Shown here one piece after another: positions 52,959 to 63,498 of a DNA stretch of 64,000 nt. Origin of the DNA: Savitreella phatthalungensis (lineage: Eukaryota); NCBI GenBank assembly GCA_051599415.1, contig AP039701.1:248001-312000 (forward strand). Reading direction: 5' to 3'. Position 1 is the stretch's first letter. Every line of letters begins with the position of its first letter. Below the pieces are notes generated by a model. That model was not told the origin of the DNA, did not search any database, and was given only the letters and a program-made list of their open reading frames with translations. A program made the translations under genes and the position numbers.

Positions 52959-55900
52959 CTACTCCCATCGAGTGTTGGCTGCGGTATTGGTGAACTCGGG
53001 TTCATCGCCATCATCGTCGTTGGCGTGCTGGCCGTTTGCTGCACCGCGCTTGGCTCGCGCAAACATCTGATCTAGCTCAGAGGGTTTCTCTTCTGCGTTC
53101 CGGTCTTGCTGCTGGTGCCGTGCTTCCACAGATTGTTTTGTGGCGAGCTGGACGTTTGTGGGTTTCCGAGCGGCGACGCCGATCCCTGCGCCGGACGCCT
53201 TTGGCAGGTTGCGAGTGTTGAGAGAGACGGTTTCTGGTGATGATCTGCTGGACAGCCAGGCGGAGGATGATGAGACTGCGGGCGTGTATGCGTCCGCCAC
53301 AGAGTCAGGGTAGATGTCATCGTGGAACACGTCTTTACCTTCTGGTCGTGGAATGTGAAAGCCAACGACAGAGATCTCGCCCGTCGAGCAGCGTAGACAG
53401 CGAGCGACTTCGACCTTGGAAAGGTCGAGTACTTGTGGCGGGAGGAAAGCGGTGCCCATCACAGGGTCTGCTGCAGAGTAGGAGGTTAAGGCGGTCAGAG
53501 ATGATCGCTGGACGTGGAATGGCAGGACGTTGGATGTGCCGCGGGGGGTAAGGTAAAGTACTGCGGACATGGCGTCGAAATGGGGCGGTGCAAAAGGTGA
53601 AGGTGAGATATCAAGTTCCACGGTGTCTAGGACGTCACCGGAGGTCGCATTATACAAGCTCACTTGCCGCGTGGAGCCACGATCGAAACCGGCAGTGACC
53701 AGACGATCTTCGCCCACCCAAATGACGCGGAATGGTCGAGTTGAAGCATGAGCGGACTTGAAAGATGCCTTCTCTTCACCGGATTTCGCGTCGATAATTA
53801 GCACAGACTTGTCGCTCCGAGCTACTGCGATCGAATCGCCGTCGAGAGCCCAGGCTGCATTGGTGGCGCCGCGGATCTGCGTTGGCGGACGGATGTTCTC
53901 CCCGGTGGAGGTGTCGACGAGATGCAGCTTCAAGGCTGTCAGGACAAGCAAGATATTTGATGCATGTGGGTGGTGGGCGATCTGAAGGATTCTGTCGAGG
54001 CCAGAGATCGTGCGATCTGGCTTCTCAACATCGCCAACAGCAGCTTCCGGATTCGTGAAATCACTTGGAATCGTCCACACACGGACGGCCTGATCAGCGT
54101 GAGCTGTGACAATACGACCATGGTCAAAGCGATCGAGCTCAAAGTCAACGACGGTTGCACCACCGACAAGGCCATTGATGCGATCCGGTAGACGACCAGG
54201 CCGGTCGTATGCGATCACGCCGACGCGTCCACCTGGTCCTGCCAAGGGAATGGCGATATTTGTCGCTGTGGCGTCGACCATGCGTGCTGTATTTGGAAGG
54301 GACGCATTGAGCGTGGTCAGAGATGTGTATGAGTTTCGCGGGTGCTGCATTTCTCCTGTGAGATACTTGCGAGTGTAGTCACGATGAGATCCATCCGCTG
54401 GAATCGAGCCAAGAGATTTCGTAGGAGAAGATTTCATTGGGCTCGTATTCGATTTGACGGGACTCTGTGGAAGCTTCGCTGGACTCGAGACAGCTGCAGC
54501 CTTCGCTGGACTGGCCGCGGCCTTTGCCGGCGACTCTGCCTTCGACTCCAGCTTTCGTTCGATTTCTGGCTCCGCGTCTGCCTCCGTCTTCTCTTGCTTC
54601 GATTCAGTCCTCTTGTCCTGCGATACATCCTTCTTTGGCGACTCGGTCTCGGTCTTATCTTCGGCATATGCGTCTTCAAGCTCCTTCGCTGACGGCGAGG
54701 GTTGGCGCTCGGCATTGCCTGGATAAGGCTCGACTTGAGACTTTGGCTGCTCGATCGGCGTCACGGGCTCTGGGTTGCCTAGTGCGCGCTGGATCTCGCG
54801 GTTGGCTTGTGTCACGTGCTTGAGCTTTGGCGTTGCTGCACCGTACTCGGCTCGACGAGCTTTCAGATCCTCCCTGTAGACGTTGGCCGATCGCGGACGT
54901 TCATCGTCCTCATCGTCTTCCGTGGCGGCCGACGACTGCTTCTTCTGTAGGAATGCTGCGACCTTGCCCGGTGTTCCCTTGAACGCACTTGCGCCGTACT
55001 CTGCGCGACGGGACGTTTTGTCCTCGCGAACGACGCCTCGCGGTGACGAAGTGGTGTCAACCTTTGCCGGTGACGGCTTGATGGGCGTGGGCGCAGAGAC
55101 CTCCGTCGAACGTGAGACAGGGCTTGCGGGCGCAGCCGAAGACAAAGTCTCCTTCTTCGGACTCGGAGCTCCGTACTCTGCACGGCGGCTCGACAGATCT
55201 TCCTTCACAATTTCCCTCGTACTGCTGCCCTTGCTTGAGGGTGCACCATACTCCGCGCGACGAGCATTCAAGTCCTCCTTGACGACCTCACGCAGCGGCG
55301 CAGCAGGCTCTGCCTGGGTAGCTTGAGCCTTGCTGGCTTCGATCCTCTTGTAGTGCTCTTGCCGCACCTTCTCGAGATCGTCTTCGTTGTCGATAGGCTT
55401 TTGACTCATGATGCGGTCGAGCTCGGTGAGACTGTTGTTTCCTGGCTCGCTCTTCTGCGTTTCAGGTTTGAGGGGCTCTTTCGCATCTGGCTCCCGTGCT
55501 CGCGTCGTGGAGAGATCTTCCTTGGCTGATTCGACTGCAGGCTTCGCCTGTTTCTTATTCTCCTTCGCTTCGAGCCGCTCAAACGCCCGGGCCTCACGAG
55601 CTGAGATGCCTGCATTGAGATTTGACGCGGGCTTTGGCTGAGCTGCTGGTGTCGATGGGTTGGGCTGAGCTGCTTGTGCTACTGGTGCGATTGGCTTCAC
55701 GTCGGACGCTGTCTCGGCTTTGGCGGCTGCGGGAACGCCGTTCTGTGGCGTTGACGATGAGGAGATCTTCAACGTCGACGCAGACTCCTGCTTCACCAGC
55801 TGACCCTCTTTTGCAAGAGACTCACCAGAAGCTGCCTTCTTGACCAAGGCTGGAGTGATCTGTGCTCGCTTGGCTGGGCTGTCCTGCCCGGCGAACCAGT

Positions 55901-57008
55901 CCTGTGCAGAGATCGTAGATACGACCTCGACATCGAGGAAGAGGTCTGCATGGAATTCAAGGTAGCTCTTGCGACCGATGGTGACGGAGACTGGCACCAT
56001 GTCCTGCTTGACGGACGCAATAAGGATTCTGTTGATCTCTCCTTCCATGATCTGAAGGCCGAGCGGATGTACGAGGCCCGCAGAAGAGGCCTGCTCCACA
56101 CCGGTGGACGCTGCGCCTTCGTTGTAAGGGGCGAATGCCTCGATCCAGCGCAAAGTCGAGCCACTCTTGTCGAGGAGGTAGACTACCTTACGGGCATTGT
56201 CGACTACCGGGATCAGAGGTGTCGATGCCGTTCCAAAATTCCAGCTCTTCACAACCTTACCACCGTCCGAGAAGCTGTAGAGATGAACTTCACGCTCGCG
56301 CATACGAGAGATAGAAGACACAAGCCACTGTTTTCCTGGCAGAGCACGAAGCACGGGCTTGTTGCCATTTGTCTTGATCGAGAGCTCTTCTTTGCCGGTA
56401 CGAGCATCAAGGACCCGTATTTGAGAATCGCGCGAAACGACATCGATGCGAGCGCCGTCATAAGACCAATCGAATGCAACGATCGGACTGGGCACTTCCA
56501 AGGTTGTCTCTATTGCACCTGAAGTCAGGGAGAAGAGGTCGACCTTGGTCCCTGAGGCGACTGCGAGGACACCAGAGACCTGTGGATGGAACTGGACAAG
56601 GACAGGTGTATTTGGGTGAGTTGCAGAGGCTCTAAAGGTGTGTAGTGGAGCGTCGAACTCTTCAGCTTCCGTCTTTGGTACTTTCAGAATGCGGATCTGA
56701 CCGTCGTGTATGCTGACTGCGAGCAGACGGTCGTCCAGAATCGGAGACACGTGCAGGTCGCTGACAGGTGTCCCAGTACTGAACTTGGCATGAGCATAGC
56801 CAAATTTGGACCCTTCGCCCGAGAGAGGAGCTGCACCGACGGAGGTGCTACCACTGAAGAGGATCAGATCGTTGGTTGCCTGAACGGTCCTACATGCATC
56901 GTTACCGATCGCGTCTTTTGTAAGGTCTAGCTCTGAGTACCAGTGATCACGTTTGAGCGCTGTGAGGATCTGGTTCTTCCAGCGTGATGGCGGCTGCCTG
57001 TAACTCAT
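52959..57008 (-). CDS. Tandem coronin (coronin-7/POD-1-like) WD-repeat actin regulator
   Basis: 1349 aa; two coronin-like units (SRWKN...QFHP...FDWSYDG...EFHADLF and RKYL...LAGPGG...AWALDG...VEVARC...IPR...FHDDIYPD) separated by a long low-complexity linker. Confidence 0.85.
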   Translation of the reverse strand: MSYRQPPSRWKNQILTALKRDHWYSELDLTKDAIGNDACRTVQATNDLILFSGSTSVGAAPLSGEGSKFGYAHAKFSTGTPVSDLHVSPILDDRLLAVSIHDGQIRILKVPKTEAEEFDAPLHTFRASATHPNTPVLVQFHPQVSGVLAVASGTKVDLFSLTSGAIETTLEVPSPIVAFDWSYDGARIDVVSRDSQIRVLDARTGKEELSIKTNGNKPVLRALPGKQWLVSSISRMREREVHLYSFSDGGKVVKSWNFGTASTPLIPVVDNARKVVYLLDKSGSTLRWIEAFAPYNEGAASTGVEQASSAGLVHPLGLQIMEGEINRILIASVKQDMVPVSVTIGRKSYLEFHADLFLDVEVVSTISAQDWFAGQDSPAKRAQITPALVKKAASGESLAKEGQLVKQESASTLKISSSSTPQNGVPAAAKAETASDVKPIAPVAQAAQPNPSTPAAQPKPASNLNAGISAREARAFERLEAKENKKQAKPAVESAKEDLSTTRAREPDAKEPLKPETQKSEPGNNSLTELDRIMSQKPIDNEDDLEKVRQEHYKRIEASKAQATQAEPAAPLREVVKEDLNARRAEYGAPSSKGSSTREIVKEDLSSRRAEYGAPSPKKETLSSAAPASPVSRSTEVSAPTPIKPSPAKVDTTSSPRGVVREDKTSRRAEYGASAFKGTPGKVAAFLQKKQSSAATEDDEDDERPRSANVYREDLKARRAEYGAATPKLKHVTQANREIQRALGNPEPVTPIEQPKSQVEPYPGNAERQPSPSAKELEDAYAEDKTETESPKKDVSQDKRTESKQEKTEADAEPEIERKLESKAESPAKAAASPAKAAAVSSPAKLPQSPVKSNTSPMKSSPTKSLGSIPADGSHRDYTRKYLTGEMQHPRNSYTSLTTLNASLPNTARMVDATATNIAIPLAGPGGRVGVIAYDRPGRLPDRINGLVGGATVVDFELDRFDHGRIVTAHADQAVRVWTIPSDFTNPEAAVGDVEKPDRTISGLDRILQIAHHPHASNILLVLTALKLHLVDTSTGENIRPPTQIRGATNAAWALDGDSIAVARSDKSVLIIDAKSGEEKASFKSAHASTRPFRVIWVGEDRLVTAGFDRGSTRQVSLYNATSGDVLDTVELDISPSPFAPPHFDAMSAVLYLTPRGTSNVLPFHVQRSSLTALTSYSAADPVMGTAFLPPQVLDLSKVEVARCLRCSTGEISVVGFHIPRPEGKDVFHDDIYPDSVADAYTPAVSSSSAWLSSRSSPETVSLNTRNLPKASGAGIGVAARKPTNVQLATKQSVEARHQQQDRNAEEKPSELDQMFARAKRGAANGQHANDDDGDEPEFTNTAANTRWE

Positions 57009-57411
57009 GATGAATCTGAGTTCAAGCAGAAAAGAGACCTACAATACGTCCAAGATGCCCGAACGTGAAATGGATAGATGCTTGGAGGATGTGCAGTTGA
57101 TAGCTTCACAGGTGTGTGTATGAAGCTGGATATGAAGTGATACTGGCTGGGAAGAGCATGGATGACTATGACGCGCTTTCCCGTCTGTCACTCCGTCTCT
57201 AGATTCAATTGATCAGTTCACGTGTGTGTTTTGTTCAGGAAGCATGAATATATGTGATTGACTCCTGTATGCACGAATATGCAGCTACCCGCTTCTTCCG
57301 TCCCTTCTCTCCCTCTCATCTTCTTCTCCTTCTTCTTCTTCTTGTACTTGTGTAGAGAATTTGCGTAGACTGAAGTCGAGTCAACGCATGCTGTTTACGC
57401 GGCTAGTCTAT

Positions 57412-58098
57412 CTACTCCTCTTGCTTCACGTGTATGGTGTCCTGCAGTCTTTGATCTGTCGTATGTTCCTTCTCTTCCACCTTTGTCTCTGTCTTGATAT
57501 GTATTGCGTCCTTCATGTCTGTGTCATCTGCGTGTCTCGCCGGACTCTGTTCCTTGCGTTCCTTTCTTGCAATTCGAGCGTCGCGCAGGATGTTGATCTG
57601 ACCGACTATCCATGCAATGGCATGAGCAATGGCCTGGAAGACTTCGAGGATGAAGTGTGCCCAGAGAAAGAATATCTTGCGCTGTGTCTTCCAGAGATCA
57701 TCTCTCTCAGCGATGCTTCCAAAGAAGTGGACAACCCAAGCACAGGAAAATCCGCCTATGAGAGAGATACTGCCGAGCGTAAGCCAGACTTCTCGTCTCG
57801 CTTTTTTGACAATGCCGTTTGCATTGATGCCTGTCCTGCTCAACGATGTGATGGGGATAGGTGACAAAATATCGAGGGCTACAAGAGAAAGCCAGACTAC
57901 GCTGGCTGTGGATAGAGAAGCACTGACTGCCTGCATGACATAGATCCATGTCCGACGGCGGTAGAGCAGATAGCCATCATCGATCACTTCGTCCGTGGTC
58001 TGATTGTTCTTATCAGCTGATTTTGCTGGCCATCTTGCCGGTTCAACGCCTCTACCGACGGGAGTCTCGTCCAGATCTGGATCCTCGCAGCAGCACAT
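57412..58098 (-). CDS. Hypothetical membrane protein (about 3 TM segments)
   Basis: 228 aa ORF starting MCCC, three hydrophobic stretches, charged C-terminal tail; no family recognised. Confidence 0.55.
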   Translation of the reverse strand: MCCCEDPDLDETPVGRGVEPARWPAKSADKNNQTTDEVIDDGYLLYRRRTWIYVMQAVSASLSTASVVWLSLVALDILSPIPITSLSRTGINANGIVKKARREVWLTLGSISLIGGFSCAWVVHFFGSIAERDDLWKTQRKIFFLWAHFILEVFQAIAHAIAWIVGQINILRDARIARKERKEQSPARHADDTDMKDAIHIKTETKVEEKEHTTDQRLQDTIHVKQEE

Positions 58099-59637
58099 GA
58101 TGCATAGGTCAACGGAGGCGGACTAAATGATAGGGAGGAGTTGCTATGAGAGGAAGTCTTGTGTGGAGGATCAGTGAAATGTGGAGTACGTGGCACCATG
58201 CAGTAAACTAGCTGGAATCGATGCAGGGTCACGTGTCGTATGATCTATATGAAAATTCCCGATTGTCAGATCCTCGGTCGCTACCAGAAATCATGCAAAC
58301 ATGCAAAAGCCAAGGTGTGAAAAACATGCACGATACGAGCTACATGTCGCACCTGTTCCAGGTCGTAGTGCTCGACTCGAGAGTTAATGAATGATTCACC
58401 CATGTATGAGCGCATAACTCCACACTGATTACCCTTCACCTAAGTACTATAGTGGAGTCAATTCCGGATGGTATAGGTACAAGAGACGCCATACGTGCTG
58501 ATTGAGCCTTCCAGTGATGATACATATGGAGTCATGTCGAGGGAAGACGTTGACTACGTGCGTGCGCTAGGCATCTTTGAAATGAGTTTCCTGCCCGTCA
58601 CCCACTTGATACTGCCGCATCAATGCAGGACTCGTTGACTTGTGTTCCTTATCATTGACTGGGGTGAAACTATTCTGGAAGATCAGCGATCGATTTGCTT
58701 ATCCAAGTAGGTGAAGCTTTATCACAATCTAGTAATCTTCTCCATATTCCAAATCGTCTAGCAGCACGGCAGAATAGTTCCGTTGATGCTTCGGCAAAGT
58801 ATTTGGTTCCGTTCCGAAAGGTCAGCACGATTGTCGAATGACATCTACTCTTTTTCTCGTGGACAATTCTTGAAACGTAGCGCAGAAAGATGAAACGTCT
58901 TTATCTTGGCGTTTGTGGGTGATGTGATTGGTCTCTGGTCAATCTATCTGAATCGAGTTCGGGAACAAGCCGCATTGCGTCATAATCGGACTTCGCTCAC
59001 TTGTCTGATTGGATGAAATTTTCGTGTACTGCATTTCGACGCTCACCTGCTTTCTATAGATTTGCAATCTGAGCTGTGCTGACGCTAATTGAAAAGAGAT
59101 ACATCCCGTTTAACTGATTCCTGAGCAGGTTCAACTCAGGTTGGTTCACGAGCAGTGGAGGACTCTCTCCTTTGGCAGCTTATAAATTGAACGAGCAGCC
59201 TCAGTGACGTTCCGGTAGCATGAATAAAAAGCAGCTAGAATGTAAACTTAGCCGACAAGAGTCTTTTGACTTCCAGGTTCAGCGAATGAGTGACTGACGA
59301 GGCCACTGCGTCTTGCTTGACGTTGATGGAAGAGGTCGGCGGTAGAACAATAATTCCCGGGTCACTTGCTCATGGTTTTTTCACCCTCGCTAGAGAGGTG
59401 TCGGTCGGCTATGGCGAACCATGACGGATCTGCTACCAACCCACCATAGGCGACCTAGTGGCACCCTCCCATCCACACCCCTGACGTTTGAACCTTTGAT
59501 TCATGATCGATATAAGACACGGCCTCCCACTCAGTTGTCAATTGTACGCATTCATACGGATCAATCGCGCGTCCTGCGTGACAATCGCTTAAGTCCACTA
59601 CACTCTATCGTCCGGCCCTAGTCGACGCATCCCAAAC

Positions 59638-61233
59638 ATGTTCGATCTGTTCCCGGATGTGGCTATGCCACCGATCCGTCGGGAGAAGTCAAAGGACGTC
59701 TTCCGACTCGGCAAGGATCGTGGACTCCCGCCAGATCTCGAGGGCGATGCAGAGGACTACCTTGTGGAATTGACGTCCGACACGGACCCCGCCAATGCAA
59801 AGAACTGGCCATTCAAGCGCAAGGCAGTCTCGGCTGCAGTTCTCGGATTCGACACACTCATTGCTACCTGGGGATCCTCCTCATACTCGTCGAGCCTGCA
59901 GGGGATTACGATGGCTTTTGGCGTCGGTCAGACAGTGGCGATTCTTGGCATCACCTTGTACATTCTCGGCTTCGCGCTTGGCCCACTAGTTTTTGCCCCG
60001 CTCTCGGAGCTGTACGGAAGAAAGCCGCCGATCGTCATCGCCTGCTTCGTCTTTGTATGCTTCGAGTTTGCGATCGCCACTGCTGAGAACTTCCAGACGC
60101 TGATGCTCTGTCGCTTCTTCGCAGGCGTGGCAGCATCTTGTCCGCTCGCCGTTGTCGGTGGCGCTTTCACCGACATGTTCGACACGGATCTCCGTGGCTC
60201 CTCCATCGCCCTCTTTGCCAGTCTTGTCTTCGCCGGTCCGTTCCTTTCGCCGCTTGTATCGACAGCGGTGGTACAGGCCACGAATTGGCGCTGGAGTCAG
60301 TACCTGACGGCTTTCATGGGCTGCTTGGCATTGGTACTCGACATCGTCTTTTACGAAGAGACCTACCAGAAGGCGATCCTCGTCAAACGCGCAAAAGAGA
60401 TTCGCCAGCACACCCACAATTGGGCCATCCACCACTCTTCCGAGGAGGAAGTGATCGACTTCAAGGACCTCGTGGAGAAGCACCTTCTGCTCCCACTCAA
60501 GCTGCTTTTCACCGAGCCTGCCCTACTGCTCATCTCGATTTATCTCAGCTTTGTCTACTCGCTGATCTACCTAAATTTGGAGTTGATCCCGATCATCTTC
60601 ACCAAAGTCCGCGGCTACGGCCCAATTGTGACCGACCTCTTCTACATCCCAGCCATCATCGGTGTCTTCATCGGCGCAGGCATCACGATCTCGCTCGAAC
60701 CTCGATACAATCGGAAGGTGAAGGCGATGAAAGGTTTCCCACAACCTCGTGAGCGATTGATTCCGATGCAGATTGGTGGTATCTCCTTCTGCATCGGTCT
60801 CTTCTGGCTGATCACGGGCGACTATACATGGATCTCATGGCTATCGCCAGCGTTTGCGCTTATCTTCGTGGGAATCGGTCTCCTGCTGATTTTCTTGGCC
60901 GGCCTGAACTACATCATCGACATGTACCTGATGTATGCTGCTTCTGCGATCGCTGGCAACACCTTTATCAGATCATTCATGGCTGCCGCCTTCCCGCTCT
61001 TCGCCTTCCAGATGTTTGCCAAGCTGACGGTCACCTGGGGAGCATTCCTCCTGGGTGGCATTGCACTCGTCCTCGCTCCCGTTCCCACCATCTTCTACAT
61101 CTTCGACGAGCGCATCAGGGGCAGCTCCAAGTACGCTCCCGCACCAGACATCAAGTTCCTCCGAAAGCAGAGAGAGGAACAGCGCGACAAGGAAGCATCA
61201 GCAGGTCGATCCGATTCCAACGACTCCGACTAA
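59638..61233 (+). CDS. MFS transporter, DHA1 family (Tpo/Caf5/Flr1-like)
   Basis: DPANAKNWP, GPLVFAPLSELYGRK motif A, EETY, LLFTEP, PRERL, SAIAGNTFIRS...FPLF; about 12 TMs. Confidence 0.94.
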   Translation: MFDLFPDVAMPPIRREKSKDVFRLGKDRGLPPDLEGDAEDYLVELTSDTDPANAKNWPFKRKAVSAAVLGFDTLIATWGSSSYSSSLQGITMAFGVGQTVAILGITLYILGFALGPLVFAPLSELYGRKPPIVIACFVFVCFEFAIATAENFQTLMLCRFFAGVAASCPLAVVGGAFTDMFDTDLRGSSIALFASLVFAGPFLSPLVSTAVVQATNWRWSQYLTAFMGCLALVLDIVFYEETYQKAILVKRAKEIRQHTHNWAIHHSSEEEVIDFKDLVEKHLLLPLKLLFTEPALLLISIYLSFVYSLIYLNLELIPIIFTKVRGYGPIVTDLFYIPAIIGVFIGAGITISLEPRYNRKVKAMKGFPQPRERLIPMQIGGISFCIGLFWLITGDYTWISWLSPAFALIFVGIGLLLIFLAGLNYIIDMYLMYAASAIAGNTFIRSFMAAAFPLFAFQMFAKLTVTWGAFLLGGIALVLAPVPTIFYIFDERIRGSSKYAPAPDIKFLRKQREEQRDKEASAGRSDSNDSD

Positions 61234-61675
61234 TTGATCACCCTCTCCCGAAAAAACCCAAGCTCATCAGTACACCATATAGAAAATAATCGCCCACCAG
61301 ATACGACGTACGCTTAATGAACTCAGACTTTCTAGTAACTCCCACCTCGTGCTGGTCTTCGCAACATAGGTATGTGGCGAGCCTTGTCTGTGTTCTCGTG
61401 CCGTTTCAGGGAGTATGAGCAGATGCAAGTGTCTAGAAACCATGCCACACCACATGATCTGACATCTTTTCGGCCTCGGATTGCGCTCTGGCTCAGAAGG
61501 CGAAAACCTCGGAAGAGTTTTGCCAGGTGACCTCTGATGATGCCGAGATTTCCCGCTCGCGTGACCCTGAAGTTACTTGTGCTTGTCGTCTATAATCGGA
61601 CTCAGAAGGGGAATCAAGTTGAGTCCATCATTTGCCAGTCGAGCTGCCCAACTTGGGTGATCGTATTATTGAGTG

Positions 61676-63241
61676 TCAACCATAGTACCCATGAGTCCAG
61701 GCCATCAGATTGCCACGCTGAACGACGCGACCTGTCGTGTGTTGAGGGAGTCCGTGAATTGTGATGGATGTGTCTGCGAGGCCGACTAGGAAGTGCTGTA
61801 GACCGAGTGGGCCTAGGCGACGCTTGGTCGCCTTCTGTAGCCAGCTGCCTGCGACGCCCGCTAAGATGCCGGCAGACATGGACGTGCCATCGATGACCGA
61901 GAGAGCCATGTCCTGCATGCCGAGCGTCGTCGTCACAATCCGCTGACCAGGCGCTAGGAATGTGACGCATGCGCCACTGCCTGTGTTGGGAACAAACTTA
62001 TCATCCATGTCAATCGCGCCAGCGACCATGACCGACGGCACGCGCTGTGGGGATAACTCACATGCATCGACCGCGCTGTTGCTCGCTGGCACGACCGCGG
62101 CGATGCCAGCTGATGTCAGCGTTTCGAACGCGTGGTCGAGTGCTGGGTTGCGAGCACTTGAGGCGGTGAAGAGTAGTAATCTCGCAACGTCCTTGTTCGC
62201 TCCAGCTTGACCTATGAACGTCAGGCGATCACAGAGACTCATGACTTGCTGAAATCCGTGCTCGGCATCCACGGTACCCTGCTGCGCGCCTGGCTCGAAG
62301 ATTCGCAAGGCTCTCAAGTAAGTGTTGCCGATGCCAAACTGCGGGCTGACCACGACTCCTGCTACCTGCGTGCCGTGGCCATGCCAGTCGGAGTTGTCCA
62401 TCCAGGGCGATAGGAGCGGCAGGTCACCATCACATGCGACGATTGGGTTTGGCGTGCCGGCGGAGGTGAAGGCTCGGTGGTTGCACGATACTCCGGTGTC
62501 TGCAAGGATGACTTCAGATGCAGGCGCCGTCGTCCAGCTTGCGCGTACGTACGGGAAGACCGGTACGGGCACACCTGTTGTCGGAGTGTCACCTGTGCTC
62601 GACGCCTTGGCTAGCGAAAGAGCCCGGTCACGACGATAGACTCGAGATTGGTGCCAGTATCCCCATCCGGTCAGTGGCATTCGCGGACCATACGGCTGTA
62701 TACGGCGCAAGGCTGCAGCAGCGGGCCTCTGGTGCAGAGCACGCTGAGTTCGACCTGAGTCGCTGGCCGGAGCTTTGCCTGTCGTTGCTTGACGAGACTG
62801 TGACGAAGCATCCTGGGCCGAAGCATGCTTGTCTGGACGCTGGTGGAAGGCGGGACTCTGCTCGGCTTGTCTGCTGGTCGAAGCGTATTCATCCGTCGAG
62901 GCAGGGCTTGGAATCGGTGTTGTCTCGCCTGCAGCAAGATGTAGACGCGTGTGTCCGGCTACTGAGACTCCTCGAATCATAGCCATTGACTGCACAAATG
63001 AGGGAGGTGTATGAGAGGCAAGAATGATGCTGTTCAGGGCTTTCAGATGACTGAAAACACTACCGCCATCGTGATGGTTTCGTAGGTGAAGGTGCCACTG
63101 CGGATGAATCATTGCAGTAATGTCGACGCGAGCGCCAGTGTAGATGGTGTAGCCTGGCACTCGTTCTTCCGGTGCGTCTGCTTCATGAAGGCCCAATGCA
63201 ATAGCGCGGGCGAACAGAATGCTCAGGACCGAGGCAAACAT
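61676..63241 (-). CDS. Divergent secreted subtilisin-like serine protease (S8)
   Basis: ATG 63241, signal-like MFASVLSILFARAIALG; WHQSRV, ILADTG, HGHGTQVAG, PASN, DACELSP, GTSMSAG. Confidence 0.85.
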   Translation of the reverse strand: MFASVLSILFARAIALGLHEADAPEERVPGYTIYTGARVDITAMIHPQWHLHLRNHHDGGSVFSHLKALNSIILASHTPPSFVQSMAMIRGVSVAGHTRLHLAAGETTPIPSPASTDEYASTSRQAEQSPAFHQRPDKHASAQDASSQSRQATTGKAPASDSGRTQRALHQRPAAAALRRIQPYGPRMPLTGWGYWHQSRVYRRDRALSLAKASSTGDTPTTGVPVPVFPYVRASWTTAPASEVILADTGVSCNHRAFTSAGTPNPIVACDGDLPLLSPWMDNSDWHGHGTQVAGVVVSPQFGIGNTYLRALRIFEPGAQQGTVDAEHGFQQVMSLCDRLTFIGQAGANKDVARLLLFTASSARNPALDHAFETLTSAGIAAVVPASNSAVDACELSPQRVPSVMVAGAIDMDDKFVPNTGSGACVTFLAPGQRIVTTTLGMQDMALSVIDGTSMSAGILAGVAGSWLQKATKRRLGPLGLQHFLVGLADTSITIHGLPQHTTGRVVQRGNLMAWTHGYYG

Positions 63242-63431
63242 GGCCGGGAGTATGGCAAAGCACCCCAAGTACTGATATGGGCGATCCTATCATCTATACC
63301 GATGAAGGCGATCAGGAACAGGTACTATCAATGGGGTCGTGTCATCGAGCATGAGTTGGTCATGCGGAAGGGCAAACGAGATTAGCACAGGTCATGACGT
63401 GCTGCTAGTTCCGATGAATGGATTGTGCCAT

Positions 63432-63498
63432 CGGAAGAGCTTGTGCTCTGATCCTTGCTAGGACGGAAGAGCTTGTGCTCTGATCCTGGCTAGGACGG
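63432..63498. repeat. 32-bp direct tandem repeat, 2 copies
   Basis: cggaagagcttgtgctctgatcct(t/g)gctagga at 63432 and 63464. Confidence 0.88.

Noticed and set aside
57361..57864. 167-aa plus-strand ORF opposite the hypothetical membrane protein
   Set aside because: TTG start and antisense to a more plausible ATG-initiated ORF.
63432..63498. CRISPR-like 32-bp palindromic repeat
   Set aside because: Only two adjacent copies, no spacer, no cas genes, eukaryotic context.
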